From assembly GCA_964517125.1 (NCBI GenBank), contig CAZFBD010000001.1, positions 157,790-221,789 of the forward strand: DNA of 64,000 nucleotides. Reading direction: 5' to 3'. Shown here one piece after another: positions 1-8,504 of the stretch (the first letter of the stretch is position 1; every line of letters begins with the position of its first letter). Source of the stretch: an uncultured Acidimicrobiales bacterium. GTDB lineage: Bacteria > Actinomycetota > Acidimicrobiia > Acidimicrobiales > SHLQ01. A program made the translations under genes and the position numbers. Below the pieces are notes generated by a model. That model was not told the origin of the DNA. It saw only the letters and a program-made list of their open reading frames with translations, and did not search any database.

Positions 1-812
1 GGACGGTCCACGAGTCGTTGGGCGAGGAGCAGACTGACCGCGAAGATCACTGCGGAGGCGCTGAACCTGACACTGAACGAGTACCGCTCGTCGAGGTGTT
101 TGGCCCAGCGGAACACGTGAGCCAGGCCGCGTGCCACACCGCCGGCAAGCACCCCGATGAGTAGGGCGGCCACGATTTCGTCACGAAGCAGAACTTCGGT
201 GGATGGGAAGCTCAACAGCGGGTGGTCATCGAGGATCGCGACGAACGTGAGGTAGGAGGCGGCCGAGGCGACGAGGGCCGGAATCAGACCATGTCGGGAG
301 ATGTCCCGTTTGTACGGAGACTCCATGGCGAACAGGACTCCCGTGGCGGGAGCCTTGAAAACCGCTGCGATACCGGCCGCAGCACCTGCCACCAGAAGCA
401 CGAGTCGAGGGCGCTGGCCCAGGACATTGGGAAGACGGTCGCCCAGGCTCTGGCCAAGCGTTGCTCCGGTGAGAACCGCTGGTCCCTCCATGCCGACCGC
501 GCCGCCGGTACCGATCGTGGCAAAGCTGGCCAGCAGCTTGGGAAGCAGGGTGCTCGCTTCTGCGCCCGTGCCCGAATGGAAGCTGTGCAGGTACGCATCG
601 GACGTGGTCGAGTTCAGCCCCGGCCGAATCTTCAGGATGAGGGCAACCACCGCTGCACCCATCGCCGGAAGTGCAGCCTGCAGCCAGATCGGTGCGCCGA
701 GCACGGCCTCAAGAGCGACCTCGACGGTGATCCACTCGAGTAGGGCGACAAGGGCACCAATGACGATTCCGAGTCCGGCATACACCGCAAATCGAATCAG
801 TCCGTTGGTCAC
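1..812 (-). CDS. CLC (EriC-like) chloride channel/antiporter family protein, partial (runs off left edge)
   Basis: Not in ORF track. Manual translation from GTG at 812: MTNGLIRFAVYAGLGIVIG...FATIGTGGAVGMEGPAVLTG...LVAGAAAGIAAVFKAPATGVLFAMESPY, matching CLC G(R/K)EGP-like and AAxFxAPxxGxLFxxE motifs. TAGAGT -10-like hexamer 6 nt upstream. Confidence 0.85.
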   Translation of the reverse strand, partial: MTNGLIRFAVYAGLGIVIGALVALLEWITVEVALEAVLGAPIWLQAALPAMGAAVVALILKIRPGLNSTTSDAYLHSFHSGTGAEASTLLPKLLASFATIGTGGAVGMEGPAVLTGATLGQSLGDRLPNVLGQRPRLVLLVAGAAAGIAAVFKAPATGVLFAMESPYKRDISRHGLIPALVASAASYLTFVAILDDHPLLSFPSTEVLLRDEIVAALLIGVLAGGVARGLAHVFRWAKHLDERYSFSVRFSASAVIFAVSLLLAQRLVDR

Positions 813-861
813 TCCCGCACTCTAGAGAACCGAACCTGCGTTGTGACGGAGCTGTCGCGCA

Positions 862-892
862 TTCGGCCGGCAACCCCTGGTCACCGGCCGAA
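862..892 (-). terminator. Stem-loop just downstream of the 902..2182 gene (possible terminator)
   Basis: TTCGGCCGG-N13-CCGGCCGAA perfect 9-bp inverted repeat; no clear U-tract. Confidence 0.4.
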
Positions 893-901
893 CGGCTTCG
901 T

Positions 902-2182
902 TCAGTCGTCGCCTTCCAGCTCGGCCACCGCTGCCAGGAACTCGGCAATGAGTCGGTTGAGTTCGGCGTCTCGCTCGAGCTCGATGGTTTCAAGCGACTC
1001 GTCAATCTCGTCGAGTGCGGGCTGCGCCTCGAGTTCTGCCGCCGCAATCGCTTCCTCCCGTTCGGCGCGGGCGTCATCGAGGGCGACTTCTGCCTCCTCG
1101 CGAGCTTCCTCGCCTTCTGCGTCCTCCAGGTCCAGCTCGAGCTGCTCGATCGTTGGGGCCCACTCGTTGACGATCGACTCGGTCTCGGCCTCGAGCGCCT
1201 CGACCAGTTCTTTGCGGTCGGCTTCGAGCGGCTCGATGAGCGCACGGGCCTCCGCACGAACGAGGTCCTTGTTGACGTGGAGCTCCTCATCGAGTGCACC
1301 GATCAGCTCCTGGAGCTCTTCCTCGGCCTCCGTCTTCTCGGAGCCTTCGTCCTCTTGGTCGCCCTTGCCATCTTCGTTGTTGTCGTGATCCTTGTCGCTC
1401 GACTCGTCCTTGGCAGCGGAGTCGGCGTCGTCCTTGTCTGTGTCCTTGTCGGTCTCGTCTTCGGCCGGGGCGATCTCCTCGGGCTTCTCCTCGTTCTCGA
1501 CTTCTTCGACGTCCTCTTCGGCTTCTTCGTCCTTCTCGTCTTCGTGGTCTTCGTCAGCGTCTGGATCGAACTCCTCGAGCTCCTTGCGTTCCAGATCGCC
1601 GAGTTCGGGCTCCTCGACCGCCTTGTCCGGCTCCTCGACGTCCTCGGCCTCGACGGCCTCCGGCTCAGGCGCGGGTGCTTCGGGGACCGCATCGTCGACG
1701 AACGCAAGCGCATTCGGATCCTCGATGTCGACGGTTTGCACCGCAGCTGGTTCGTCGTCGACAAAAGGGACGTCGACCACACCGGTCGCAGCGGCTCCGC
1801 CGAAGGACGCAGCGGCAACCGTCGTGCCGACACAGACCTTTCCGCCAAGGGTTCCAAAGAATGCTGCAAGTTGTCCGATCAAGGGTTTTCTCCTCACGTT
1901 GTGGACCGGATCAGGAGCCATGGGAGCTACCGATGTTGCGGGTTCGTCCGCATCGATGACCGGTGCCGGGGTTGGGGCGAGATTCACGCCAACAAACTCG
2001 GCCAACGCTCCGGACACCGCCGGTGCCGAGAGCTGCTGGGACGCTCCGCGAAGTTCGGCGAAGGCATCGTCCAACGCAGCGCCAGCAGAGAATTCGGCTG
2101 GACTGGAGAGAAGACGATCGACGTCGTTCGAGGAGAGCTCGTTGTTGTGCATCTCGGGTGAGGTATCGCCGGGGAACGTCAT
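902..2182 (-). CDS. Highly acidic membrane-anchored protein, putative anti-sigma factor
   Basis: ATGA overlap with the upstream ECF sigma. One hydrophobic Gly/Ala-rich segment (LAAFFGTLGGKVCVGTTVAAASFGGAAATGVV), a long D/E-rich region and a helical C-terminus. Confidence 0.6.
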   Translation of the reverse strand: MTFPGDTSPEMHNNELSSNDVDRLLSSPAEFSAGAALDDAFAELRGASQQLSAPAVSGALAEFVGVNLAPTPAPVIDADEPATSVAPMAPDPVHNVRRKPLIGQLAAFFGTLGGKVCVGTTVAAASFGGAAATGVVDVPFVDDEPAAVQTVDIEDPNALAFVDDAVPEAPAPEPEAVEAEDVEEPDKAVEEPELGDLERKELEEFDPDADEDHEDEKDEEAEEDVEEVENEEKPEEIAPAEDETDKDTDKDDADSAAKDESSDKDHDNNEDGKGDQEDEGSEKTEAEEELQELIGALDEELHVNKDLVRAEARALIEPLEADRKELVEALEAETESIVNEWAPTIEQLELDLEDAEGEEAREEAEVALDDARAEREEAIAAAELEAQPALDEIDESLETIELERDAELNRLIAEFLAAVAELEGDD

Positions 2183-2739
2183 GGGGTTACGGCCTTCGGA
2201 GAAATTGTTCGACGGAGGGCATTCACGCCGCGGTGTTGCAGCGCCTTGGTCGCGTTGACCGTCCGTCCGGTGACCAACGCGGTCTGCTCAAGCGACAGAT
2301 CGGCAACGAGGCGGAGCAGAATGACCTCGCGCTGTTCGCTCGTCAGCGTGTCGAGGAGTTCTTCTGTGGTGTGGCTCAGAGAGCGCAGCGCATCGTCTTC
2401 GGCGTCGCCACCAACAGGATCGACCTTCGCATCGAGCACGGTCGTGACCGGACGCCGGCCGCGTTTGCGGTGCTCGTCGGTCAGCTTGTTGCGAGCGATC
2501 GTGAACAGGAGCGCAACGAAGCCGTCTTCATCGCCCTCGAAGCGATCCAAGGAACGGAACGCTCCGACGAACACCTCGTTCGCGAGACCGTCGGCGTCCT
2601 CGCTGCCGTGTGCCCGGGCGAACGCAACAACCTGGCGGGCGAACCGGCTCCACAGCCATTCGAACCCGACGGCGTTACCCAAGCGCGCCGCATCCAGGGC
2701 CCGCCTGAAGGCTGGATCCCCGACTCGGCGTGTCGACAT
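2179..2739 (-). CDS. ECF-type RNA polymerase sigma-70 factor
   Basis: Region 2 (DADGLANEVFVGAFRSL...LLFTIARNKLTDEHRK) and region 4 (LTSEQREVILLRLVADLSLEQTA...TKALQHRG); 186 aa. Confidence 0.9.
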   Translation of the reverse strand: MSTRRVGDPAFRRALDAARLGNAVGFEWLWSRFARQVVAFARAHGSEDADGLANEVFVGAFRSLDRFEGDEDGFVALLFTIARNKLTDEHRKRGRRPVTTVLDAKVDPVGGDAEDDALRSLSHTTEELLDTLTSEQREVILLRLVADLSLEQTALVTGRTVNATKALQHRGVNALRRTISPKAVTP

Positions 2740-2805
2740 GGTCTGGGTGTCGACACGGCAGTGTCACGCCTTGATGAGGCTGTCGAACCGTTGGTTGCGT
2801 GCCGA

Positions 2806-4089
2806 TCAGTTGATCTTGGCGGCAGCGGAACGCAACGCTGCGATTCCCTCGTCCACTTCGTCAGCGGTGACGTTGAGCATGGGAGCCATGCGGATCACGT
2901 TGCCGTACAACCCGCCCTTGCCGACCAGGAGCCCGTGGTCCTTCGCCGCTTCGTGGAACTGAGTCGTTCGTTCCGGTGACGGTTCGATGGATCCCGGCTG
3001 CACGGTTTCGAGCGCCTGCATGAGGCCCTTTCCGCGTGCCTCGGCAATCCAGGGAGTCTCAGCGGTCAGCGCATCGAGCCCGGCGCGGAGCCTGTCCCCC
3101 ATCACCTTGGCGTTGGACTGCAGGTCATGTTCCAGGACGTGGTTGATGGTGGCCAAACCGCCAGCGGCCGACAACGGGTTGCCGCCGAACGTCGAGAAGT
3201 TGAGCACGTCGATGGTGTCGAAGATTTCGGCGCGGGCGACGATGCCAGCCAGGGTGATGCCGTTGCCGACACCCTTGGCGAACGTGAGCATGTCCGGCAC
3301 GATGCCGTGCGCCTCGTACCCCCAGAAGTGGTCGCCGGTTCGGCCCCAGCCGGTTTGGACCTCGTCGGAGATGTACAGAATCCCCCGATTGTCGAGCTCC
3401 TTCTTCATGGCCCCGAAGAAGCCGTCGGGAGGCGTGGCGAACCCACCGACACCCTGGATCGGTTCGGCGATCAGGCCGGCGACGTCACCGGCCGACGTCA
3501 TGTCGATGAGCTGCACGAGATCGGCCATGCAGGCGTCGGTGTAGTCGTCACCTTCGAGATGTCGGAAGGGGCTCCGTAGCCCGTACGGCCCCTGAACGAA
3601 GGTGACCTGCAGCCCCGACAGGCTGGTCGATGACCAGGAGCTGTGTGAGGTGATGGCCTGGGACGTGAACGAGCGGCCGTGGTAGCTGTTGCGCATGGCC
3701 AGCATCTGGTTGCTCTTGCGGTAACTGGTGGCCAGGAGCACTGCGGTGTCGTTTGCCTCGGTTCCCGACGGTGTCATGAACACCCGCGCGTCGGGGATTC
3801 CCGACAACGCCGCGATTCGTTCGGCGAGCGCAATCATTGGCTCGCTCAGATACAGGCTCGAGGTGTGCATGACCTTGGCGGCCTGGGCCTGCACAGCACT
3901 GGTGACGTCGGGGTTGTTGTGCCCGATCATCGTGGTCAGGACGCCGCCGAAGAAGTCGAGATATCGGGTGCCGTCCTCGTCGTACACCCAGCTTCCCTCG
4001 CCATGGTCGAGCGTGATCGGGTCGGCGTAATACGGGTTCAGAAACGATGGGAGGGAGTTCCGATAGCGCTGCAGCAGGTCTTCGTTCAC
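2806..4089 (-). CDS. Class III PLP aminotransferase (AGXT2/beta-alanine-pyruvate aminotransferase-like)
   Basis: YLDFFGG, SGTEAND, SYHG, AEPIQGVGG, DEVQTGWGRTG, FAKGVGNG motifs. Start trimmed to GTG 4089 (GGAGGA SD upstream). Confidence 0.88.
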   Translation of the reverse strand: MNEDLLQRYRNSLPSFLNPYYADPITLDHGEGSWVYDEDGTRYLDFFGGVLTTMIGHNNPDVTSAVQAQAAKVMHTSSLYLSEPMIALAERIAALSGIPDARVFMTPSGTEANDTAVLLATSYRKSNQMLAMRNSYHGRSFTSQAITSHSSWSSTSLSGLQVTFVQGPYGLRSPFRHLEGDDYTDACMADLVQLIDMTSAGDVAGLIAEPIQGVGGFATPPDGFFGAMKKELDNRGILYISDEVQTGWGRTGDHFWGYEAHGIVPDMLTFAKGVGNGITLAGIVARAEIFDTIDVLNFSTFGGNPLSAAGGLATINHVLEHDLQSNAKVMGDRLRAGLDALTAETPWIAEARGKGLMQALETVQPGSIEPSPERTTQFHEAAKDHGLLVGKGGLYGNVIRMAPMLNVTADEVDEGIAALRSAAAKIN

Positions 4090-4151
4090 GGGATCCTCCG
4101 GACGACTTGAGAAGCCTCCATTCAACACCGAAAATTTCCGTTGGTGCGCTA

Positions 4152-4186
4152 TTGGACGCTCGTTCAGTCTTTGGCATACTGCGTAC
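4152..4186 (+). promoter_or_regulatory. Putative operator (TTGGACGCTCGTTCAG) plus leaderless promoter of the DmdA-like gene
   Basis: Near-palindrome at 4152-4167, CATACT -10-like box at 4175-4180, ATG at 4187. Same layout as 32800-32834. Confidence 0.55.
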
Positions 4187-5299
4187 ATGAATCGCATCAC
4201 CCTCAGCCCTCGTATCCGGACGACTCCGTTTCACGAGTCCACCATTGCTGCTGGCCTGTCGGACATGTCCGTCTACAACAAGATGGTCATGCCCACCTCC
4301 TACGGTGATTTGAAGGCCGAATACGATCGCCTGCTCCAGGGCGTCGCGATCTGGGACGTGTCCGTCGAGCGTCAGGTGGAGATCTCCGGCCCCGATGCCC
4401 ACGCATGTGCCCAGTACCTCACCGCCCGCGATCTCTCGAAGATGGTCGAGGGACAGGGCAAGTACGTGGCCATGTGTGACCACGACGGATCCATCCTCAA
4501 CGATCCCGTGCTCATGAAGCTGTCCGGCGACCGCTACTGGTTCTCCATCGCCGACAGCGACATGTTGCTGTGGTCCAAGGCAATCGCTGCCGAACGCGGC
4601 TTCGACGTGAAGGTCGTCGAACCCGATGTTTCGCCGCTGGCTGTTCAGGGCCCGCGTGCCGAGGACCTCATCGCCGAACTGTTTGGCGAGCACATTCGTG
4701 ACCTCAAGTACTTCTGGTTCCTCGAGACCGAACTCGACGGTATTCCACTTGTTCTCTGCCGCTCCGGGTGGAGCAAGCAGGGCGGCTTCGAACTCTTCCT
4801 GCAGGACGGCACTCGCGGAAACGACCTGTGGGCCGCCGTGGTGGCCGCTGGCGAGAAGTATGACATTGGGCCCGGCGCTCCCAACCACGTCGAGCGTGTT
4901 GAGAGCGGGCTGCTGTCCTTCGGCGGCGACAACACCCCCGAATCCAACCCGTTCGAGGTGGGTATGGGACGCTACGTCGACACCGACTGCGAAGCCGACT
5001 ACATCGGCAAGGCCGCCCTCCAGCGTGTGGTTGCGGCCGGCGGACCAGAGCGGCTCTTTGTGGGCCTCGTGATCGACTCCGACATCAGTGATTCCTGGCC
5101 GCTCCCCGAGCGCACTCCGGTCACGCAGGACGGCGAACAGGTCGGCACCATGAGCGCCATCGTGTTCTCCCATCGGCTGCAGGAGACCATTGGTCTCGCA
5201 CAGGTCAACCGATCCGTGGTCGAGGCCGGCGGACCTGTTCAGGTGCAGGGACCGGGCGGCAGCAACACGGCAGCCATCAAGAGCCTTCCGTTCCTGTAG
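4187..5299 (+). CDS. GcvT-family aminomethyltransferase, DmdA (DMSP demethylase)-like
   Basis: RIRTTPF, VYNKMVMP, WDVSVERQVEISGPDA, EPDVSPLAVQGPRA, RSGWSKQGGFE, PNHVERVESGLLSFG resemble DmdA as I recall it. No gcvH/gcvP nearby. Confidence 0.8.
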   Translation: MNRITLSPRIRTTPFHESTIAAGLSDMSVYNKMVMPTSYGDLKAEYDRLLQGVAIWDVSVERQVEISGPDAHACAQYLTARDLSKMVEGQGKYVAMCDHDGSILNDPVLMKLSGDRYWFSIADSDMLLWSKAIAAERGFDVKVVEPDVSPLAVQGPRAEDLIAELFGEHIRDLKYFWFLETELDGIPLVLCRSGWSKQGGFELFLQDGTRGNDLWAAVVAAGEKYDIGPGAPNHVERVESGLLSFGGDNTPESNPFEVGMGRYVDTDCEADYIGKAALQRVVAAGGPERLFVGLVIDSDISDSWPLPERTPVTQDGEQVGTMSAIVFSHRLQETIGLAQVNRSVVEAGGPVQVQGPGGSNTAAIKSLPFL

Positions 5300-5327
5300 G
5301 TTCCGGCAGCCCGTAGCCCGTCAGCAG

Positions 5328-6233
5328 TCAGGACGTCGAGGCGCTCAGCCTCGTCTGTTCGCGTGCACTCGCATTCACCACGAGATACACCCCACCAATC
5401 ACCAGCACGCCACCGGCGACCTCGGTGAGGCCCAGCGTCTCGTCGCGAAAGAGCCAGCCGAAAAACACACCGAACAGCGGAATCAGATACGCCGTCGAGG
5501 CTGCCTGTGTCGGCGTGGCCAGCTTCACGATCAGTGCCATGAGCGAGAACGTGACGGCGTTGGCAGGGATGGAGTTGTACAGCAGCGGTACCAACAGGCC
5601 CAACGACCAGTCGGTATCGGAGACCCCTTCGACGACGAGGGCGAAGGGAATCAGGACCGCTGCTGACATGTACAGCTGTACGCCAACGAGCATGTACGGA
5701 GAGACCCGGCTGAAGTCCTTCCACTTCATGTGGACGGTGCCGTAGGCCCACGCCAGCGCCGACACGACGAGCGCCACGATGCCGACGGCAGCCGATTCTC
5801 CAGACAGCGAGGGCGACGCGAGCACCGCGGTGCCCAGGAATCCCACCGCCAATCCCACCCGTCCGACGCGGGTGGTGGGAGTCCGGAGAAGGCCCCAGGC
5901 CAGAAGCGCAGTGAAGAGCGGCATGGTGCTCGCCATGAGCGACGCCACACCGGCTGACACGCGACTGACCCCGAAGACGAGAAGCCCGCTGGACACGGTC
6001 GTGATGGCGAACGAAACGATGAAGATGTTGATGAGGTCGGCCCGGTCCCGCGGCGGGCGCTCGCCGCGGAACGCTGCGAATGCGAGCAGGAAGCTGCCGC
6101 CAATGACTGTGCGCATACCGGCCAGCAGGATTGGAGTCGTGTGGTCGAGCGTGAACTTGAGCACGGTGAAATTGGCGCCGATGAGGGCAGCAGTCGCGAC
6201 GATGAGCGCCAGAACCCGGCGTTCACCATTCAT
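5328..6233 (-). CDS. DMT/EamA family transporter
   Basis: About 10 TM helices in two EamA repeats; start set at ATG 6233 (MNGERR). Confidence 0.85.
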   Translation of the reverse strand: MNGERRVLALIVATAALIGANFTVLKFTLDHTTPILLAGMRTVIGGSFLLAFAAFRGERPPRDRADLINIFIVSFAITTVSSGLLVFGVSRVSAGVASLMASTMPLFTALLAWGLLRTPTTRVGRVGLAVGFLGTAVLASPSLSGESAAVGIVALVVSALAWAYGTVHMKWKDFSRVSPYMLVGVQLYMSAAVLIPFALVVEGVSDTDWSLGLLVPLLYNSIPANAVTFSLMALIVKLATPTQAASTAYLIPLFGVFFGWLFRDETLGLTEVAGGVLVIGGVYLVVNASAREQTRLSASTS

Positions 6234-6240
6234 GGGCCGG

Positions 6241-6867
6241 TCACCCGATACGTTCAAACAGGTAGGCGAACGGTGACTTGGTGTACCCAACGCCCTTGCC
6301 CAGATCGTGGAGCATGTCGACGGTGAGCTCCACAGGCTTCCGGGGCCAGAGGTACGAATCGAGGTTGGTGCGCTCAACCCGGTACACGCTCTGGCGGGCG
6401 GTGACGACACCCGCGAGCACGTAGCGTTCGTCGATCGATGCCATCGCCACGTCGCCATGGCTCGGATGCACAAGCAGGGTTCCACCCACCTCGAGGCGGT
6501 CGGTGCAGTGTTCGGACACGAAGCCGGCGTACATCGAAATCAGGAGATCGAATCGCTTCTTCTTCGGGAGCTTGAGCGGCTCCTGATAGTCGGCGTGCAG
6601 GAACGTCACCGACGGGTCAGGCGGGCCGCCGTTCTCCTCGATGAGTTCGAGGACTCCGCTCTCGTCGGCAAAGAACGCGTTCGCACGCTTGTCGGTATCG
6701 ACGTAGACGACCTCGGGGAGAACGAATGACGGCGAGACATCAACGAAGGAGCCCGGGTACAGGGCGCTCGTTGCGTCGATGGCGTCTGCCACGGCAGCGA
6801 AGAGACGATGCCGGTCTCCCGGGTGACGGTCCTGTTCCGTCCAGAGCTTCTGCGTCTTGGCCAACAT
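6241..6867 (-). CDS. Hypothetical protein, possibly class I SAM-dependent methyltransferase fold
   Basis: ALYPGSFVD, VVYVDTD, FDLLISMYAG, L..GGTLLV segments resemble a Rossmann MTase topology. GGAGG SD before ATG 6867. Confidence 0.55.
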   Translation of the reverse strand: MLAKTQKLWTEQDRHPGDRHRLFAAVADAIDATSALYPGSFVDVSPSFVLPEVVYVDTDKRANAFFADESGVLELIEENGGPPDPSVTFLHADYQEPLKLPKKKRFDLLISMYAGFVSEHCTDRLEVGGTLLVHPSHGDVAMASIDERYVLAGVVTARQSVYRVERTNLDSYLWPRKPVELTVDMLHDLGKGVGYTKSPFAYLFERIG

Positions 6868-6947
6868 CTCGCACCTCCAGCGCCCGACTGTACCGACAAT
6901 GGAGCCCGGCAGACGAGAGGGGCGACGGTGACGTGCTCTGGACCGTC

Positions 6948-7760
6948 TCAGGTGCCAGGCAGGCGCCGCGCGACGAAATCGAGGATTGCGTTGGTGAACA
7001 GGGCCGGTTCCTCCAGCAGGCCCAGGTGCTGGAGCGTTGGAACGATCACGGTTTCCGACCCGGCGATCTCGCGTGCGATGGTGCTCGACATGTCCGGCGT
7101 GCTGCCGCTGTCGTTCTCGCACGTCATCACGAGCGTTGGAATGTGCAATGGCGGATCGGGCCGAATCAGCTCCGGAACGCCGTCGGCGAGAACCCTCCGG
7201 CAGGCTGCGTAGTCAGCTCGGTCGTTGGCGAGTACCCACGCCCGAACCGTGGCGACCATGGTGGGGCTGTCCTTCAGGAAGGCTGGGGTGAACCAGCGCT
7301 GGAGGGTGGCGTCGATGGTGGCCTCGGGACCGCCTTCGGCGCTCGCACGTGCACGCTCTTCCACCAGGCGTTGGCCCTCGGCGCCACGTTCGTGCGGCGA
7401 GTTGAGAATGGCCAGCGCCGCGACCCGTTCCCGATGATCGATGGCAACGCGTCGGTTGATCATTCCTCCGAGCGAGAACCCGACGAGCGTCGCGGTGTCG
7501 ATCTCGAGATGGTCCATCAGCGCGATGAGTTGCGAACTGAATGACGTGAGCGACAGGTGATCGGGGACATGGGCACTGTCGCCGTGTCCCAACAGGTCAT
7601 ACCTCAGGACCTGGTGCCCGCGTGCAAGTTCCTCGAGATGCTGATCCCACGTGTGCATCGTCATGCCCAAGCCGTGGATCGCAACGATCACGGGCCGATC
7701 CTCCGGGCCGGAGAGCTCCCATCGCGTGCCGTCCGGGGCGTGTCCTGCTCGCTGTTGCAT
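6948..7760 (-). CDS. Alpha/beta hydrolase (3-oxoadipate enol-lactonase PcaD-like)
   Basis: IHGLG, RYDLLGHGDS, GFSLGG nucleophile elbow, TLQRWFTP, C-terminal Asp/His. Confidence 0.85.
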   Translation of the reverse strand: MQQRAGHAPDGTRWELSGPEDRPVIVAIHGLGMTMHTWDQHLEELARGHQVLRYDLLGHGDSAHVPDHLSLTSFSSQLIALMDHLEIDTATLVGFSLGGMINRRVAIDHRERVAALAILNSPHERGAEGQRLVEERARASAEGGPEATIDATLQRWFTPAFLKDSPTMVATVRAWVLANDRADYAACRRVLADGVPELIRPDPPLHIPTLVMTCENDSGSTPDMSSTIAREIAGSETVIVPTLQHLGLLEEPALFTNAILDFVARRLPGT

Positions 7761-7818
7761 CGAAGGCCTCCTCGGGTCCCGGCGATGTTCGCGCCCCGGA
7801 TGTCATTGGGCAACTCCG

Positions 7819-8466
7819 TCAGCCCACGACTCGGAGCCGGAGACCCCGATGGCGCACGATCTCAATGTTGGGTTGATCGTTCTCGAATTCGGCGAGGCGC
7901 TTTCGAAGTCGTTTGATCAGCGCTGCAAGTGCGTCGTCGCTCACACCAGCGGCATTGGCGTCGTCCCACGATGCTTCGATGGCGTCGATACGGCTGACGA
8001 TCTCCCCCTGAGCAGCGTCGAGACACTCGAGCAGCCGGAGCTGTCGGGCCGACAGCGGCGGTTCGACACGGCGTGCGTCGACCCACACGGCCCGGGTGTC
8101 CGGATCGATCCACACGCCGGTCAGTCGGCCGATGGACGGAGCGATTGGGGTGGCCATTGGGTCACGGAACCGAAGCGTGGCCGCTCCCGCCAGGACGAGT
8201 TGGTCGCCGTCGTGGAGCAACACCGGGTCAGCCCCGAGCATGATGCCGTTGAGAAACGTGCCGTTTCGGCTGTCGAGGTCCGACGCGAACCATCCCCGCG
8301 GGCGAGGTGTGATCTGAACGTGGTGCCGTGAAACGGCGGGCACATTCACTACAACACCGGATTCGCCGCCACGCCCGATGATGGTGACGGCGTCAATGTC
8401 CCACCGCTTCGACGTCGTCGATGGGTCGTCGGCTGGGACCAGCTCCAGGACTGCGGACACGCTCAT
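7819..8466 (-). CDS. FHA domain plus OmpR-type winged-helix DNA-binding protein
   Basis: FHA motifs IIGR, VSRHH, DLDSRNGTFLNG. C-terminal LSARQLRLLECL...IKRLRKRL...IEIVRHRGLRL. Confidence 0.85.
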   Translation of the reverse strand: MSVSAVLELVPADDPSTTSKRWDIDAVTIIGRGGESGVVVNVPAVSRHHVQITPRPRGWFASDLDSRNGTFLNGIMLGADPVLLHDGDQLVLAGAATLRFRDPMATPIAPSIGRLTGVWIDPDTRAVWVDARRVEPPLSARQLRLLECLDAAQGEIVSRIDAIEASWDDANAAGVSDDALAALIKRLRKRLAEFENDQPNIEIVRHRGLRLRVVG

Positions 8467-8504
8467 ACGAGCGTCAATCTACGCGGGCTTGCGCCGAGCG
8501 ACCG

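Noticed and set aside
1..812. Fluoride-specific CLC-F exporter
   Set aside because: Lacks the GNNLI and GREGT signatures (has GMEGP); the C-terminal half is outside the window.
4187..5299. Canonical glycine cleavage T protein (gcvT)
   Set aside because: No gcvH/gcvP or glycine riboswitch nearby; motifs fit the DmdA-like branch better.
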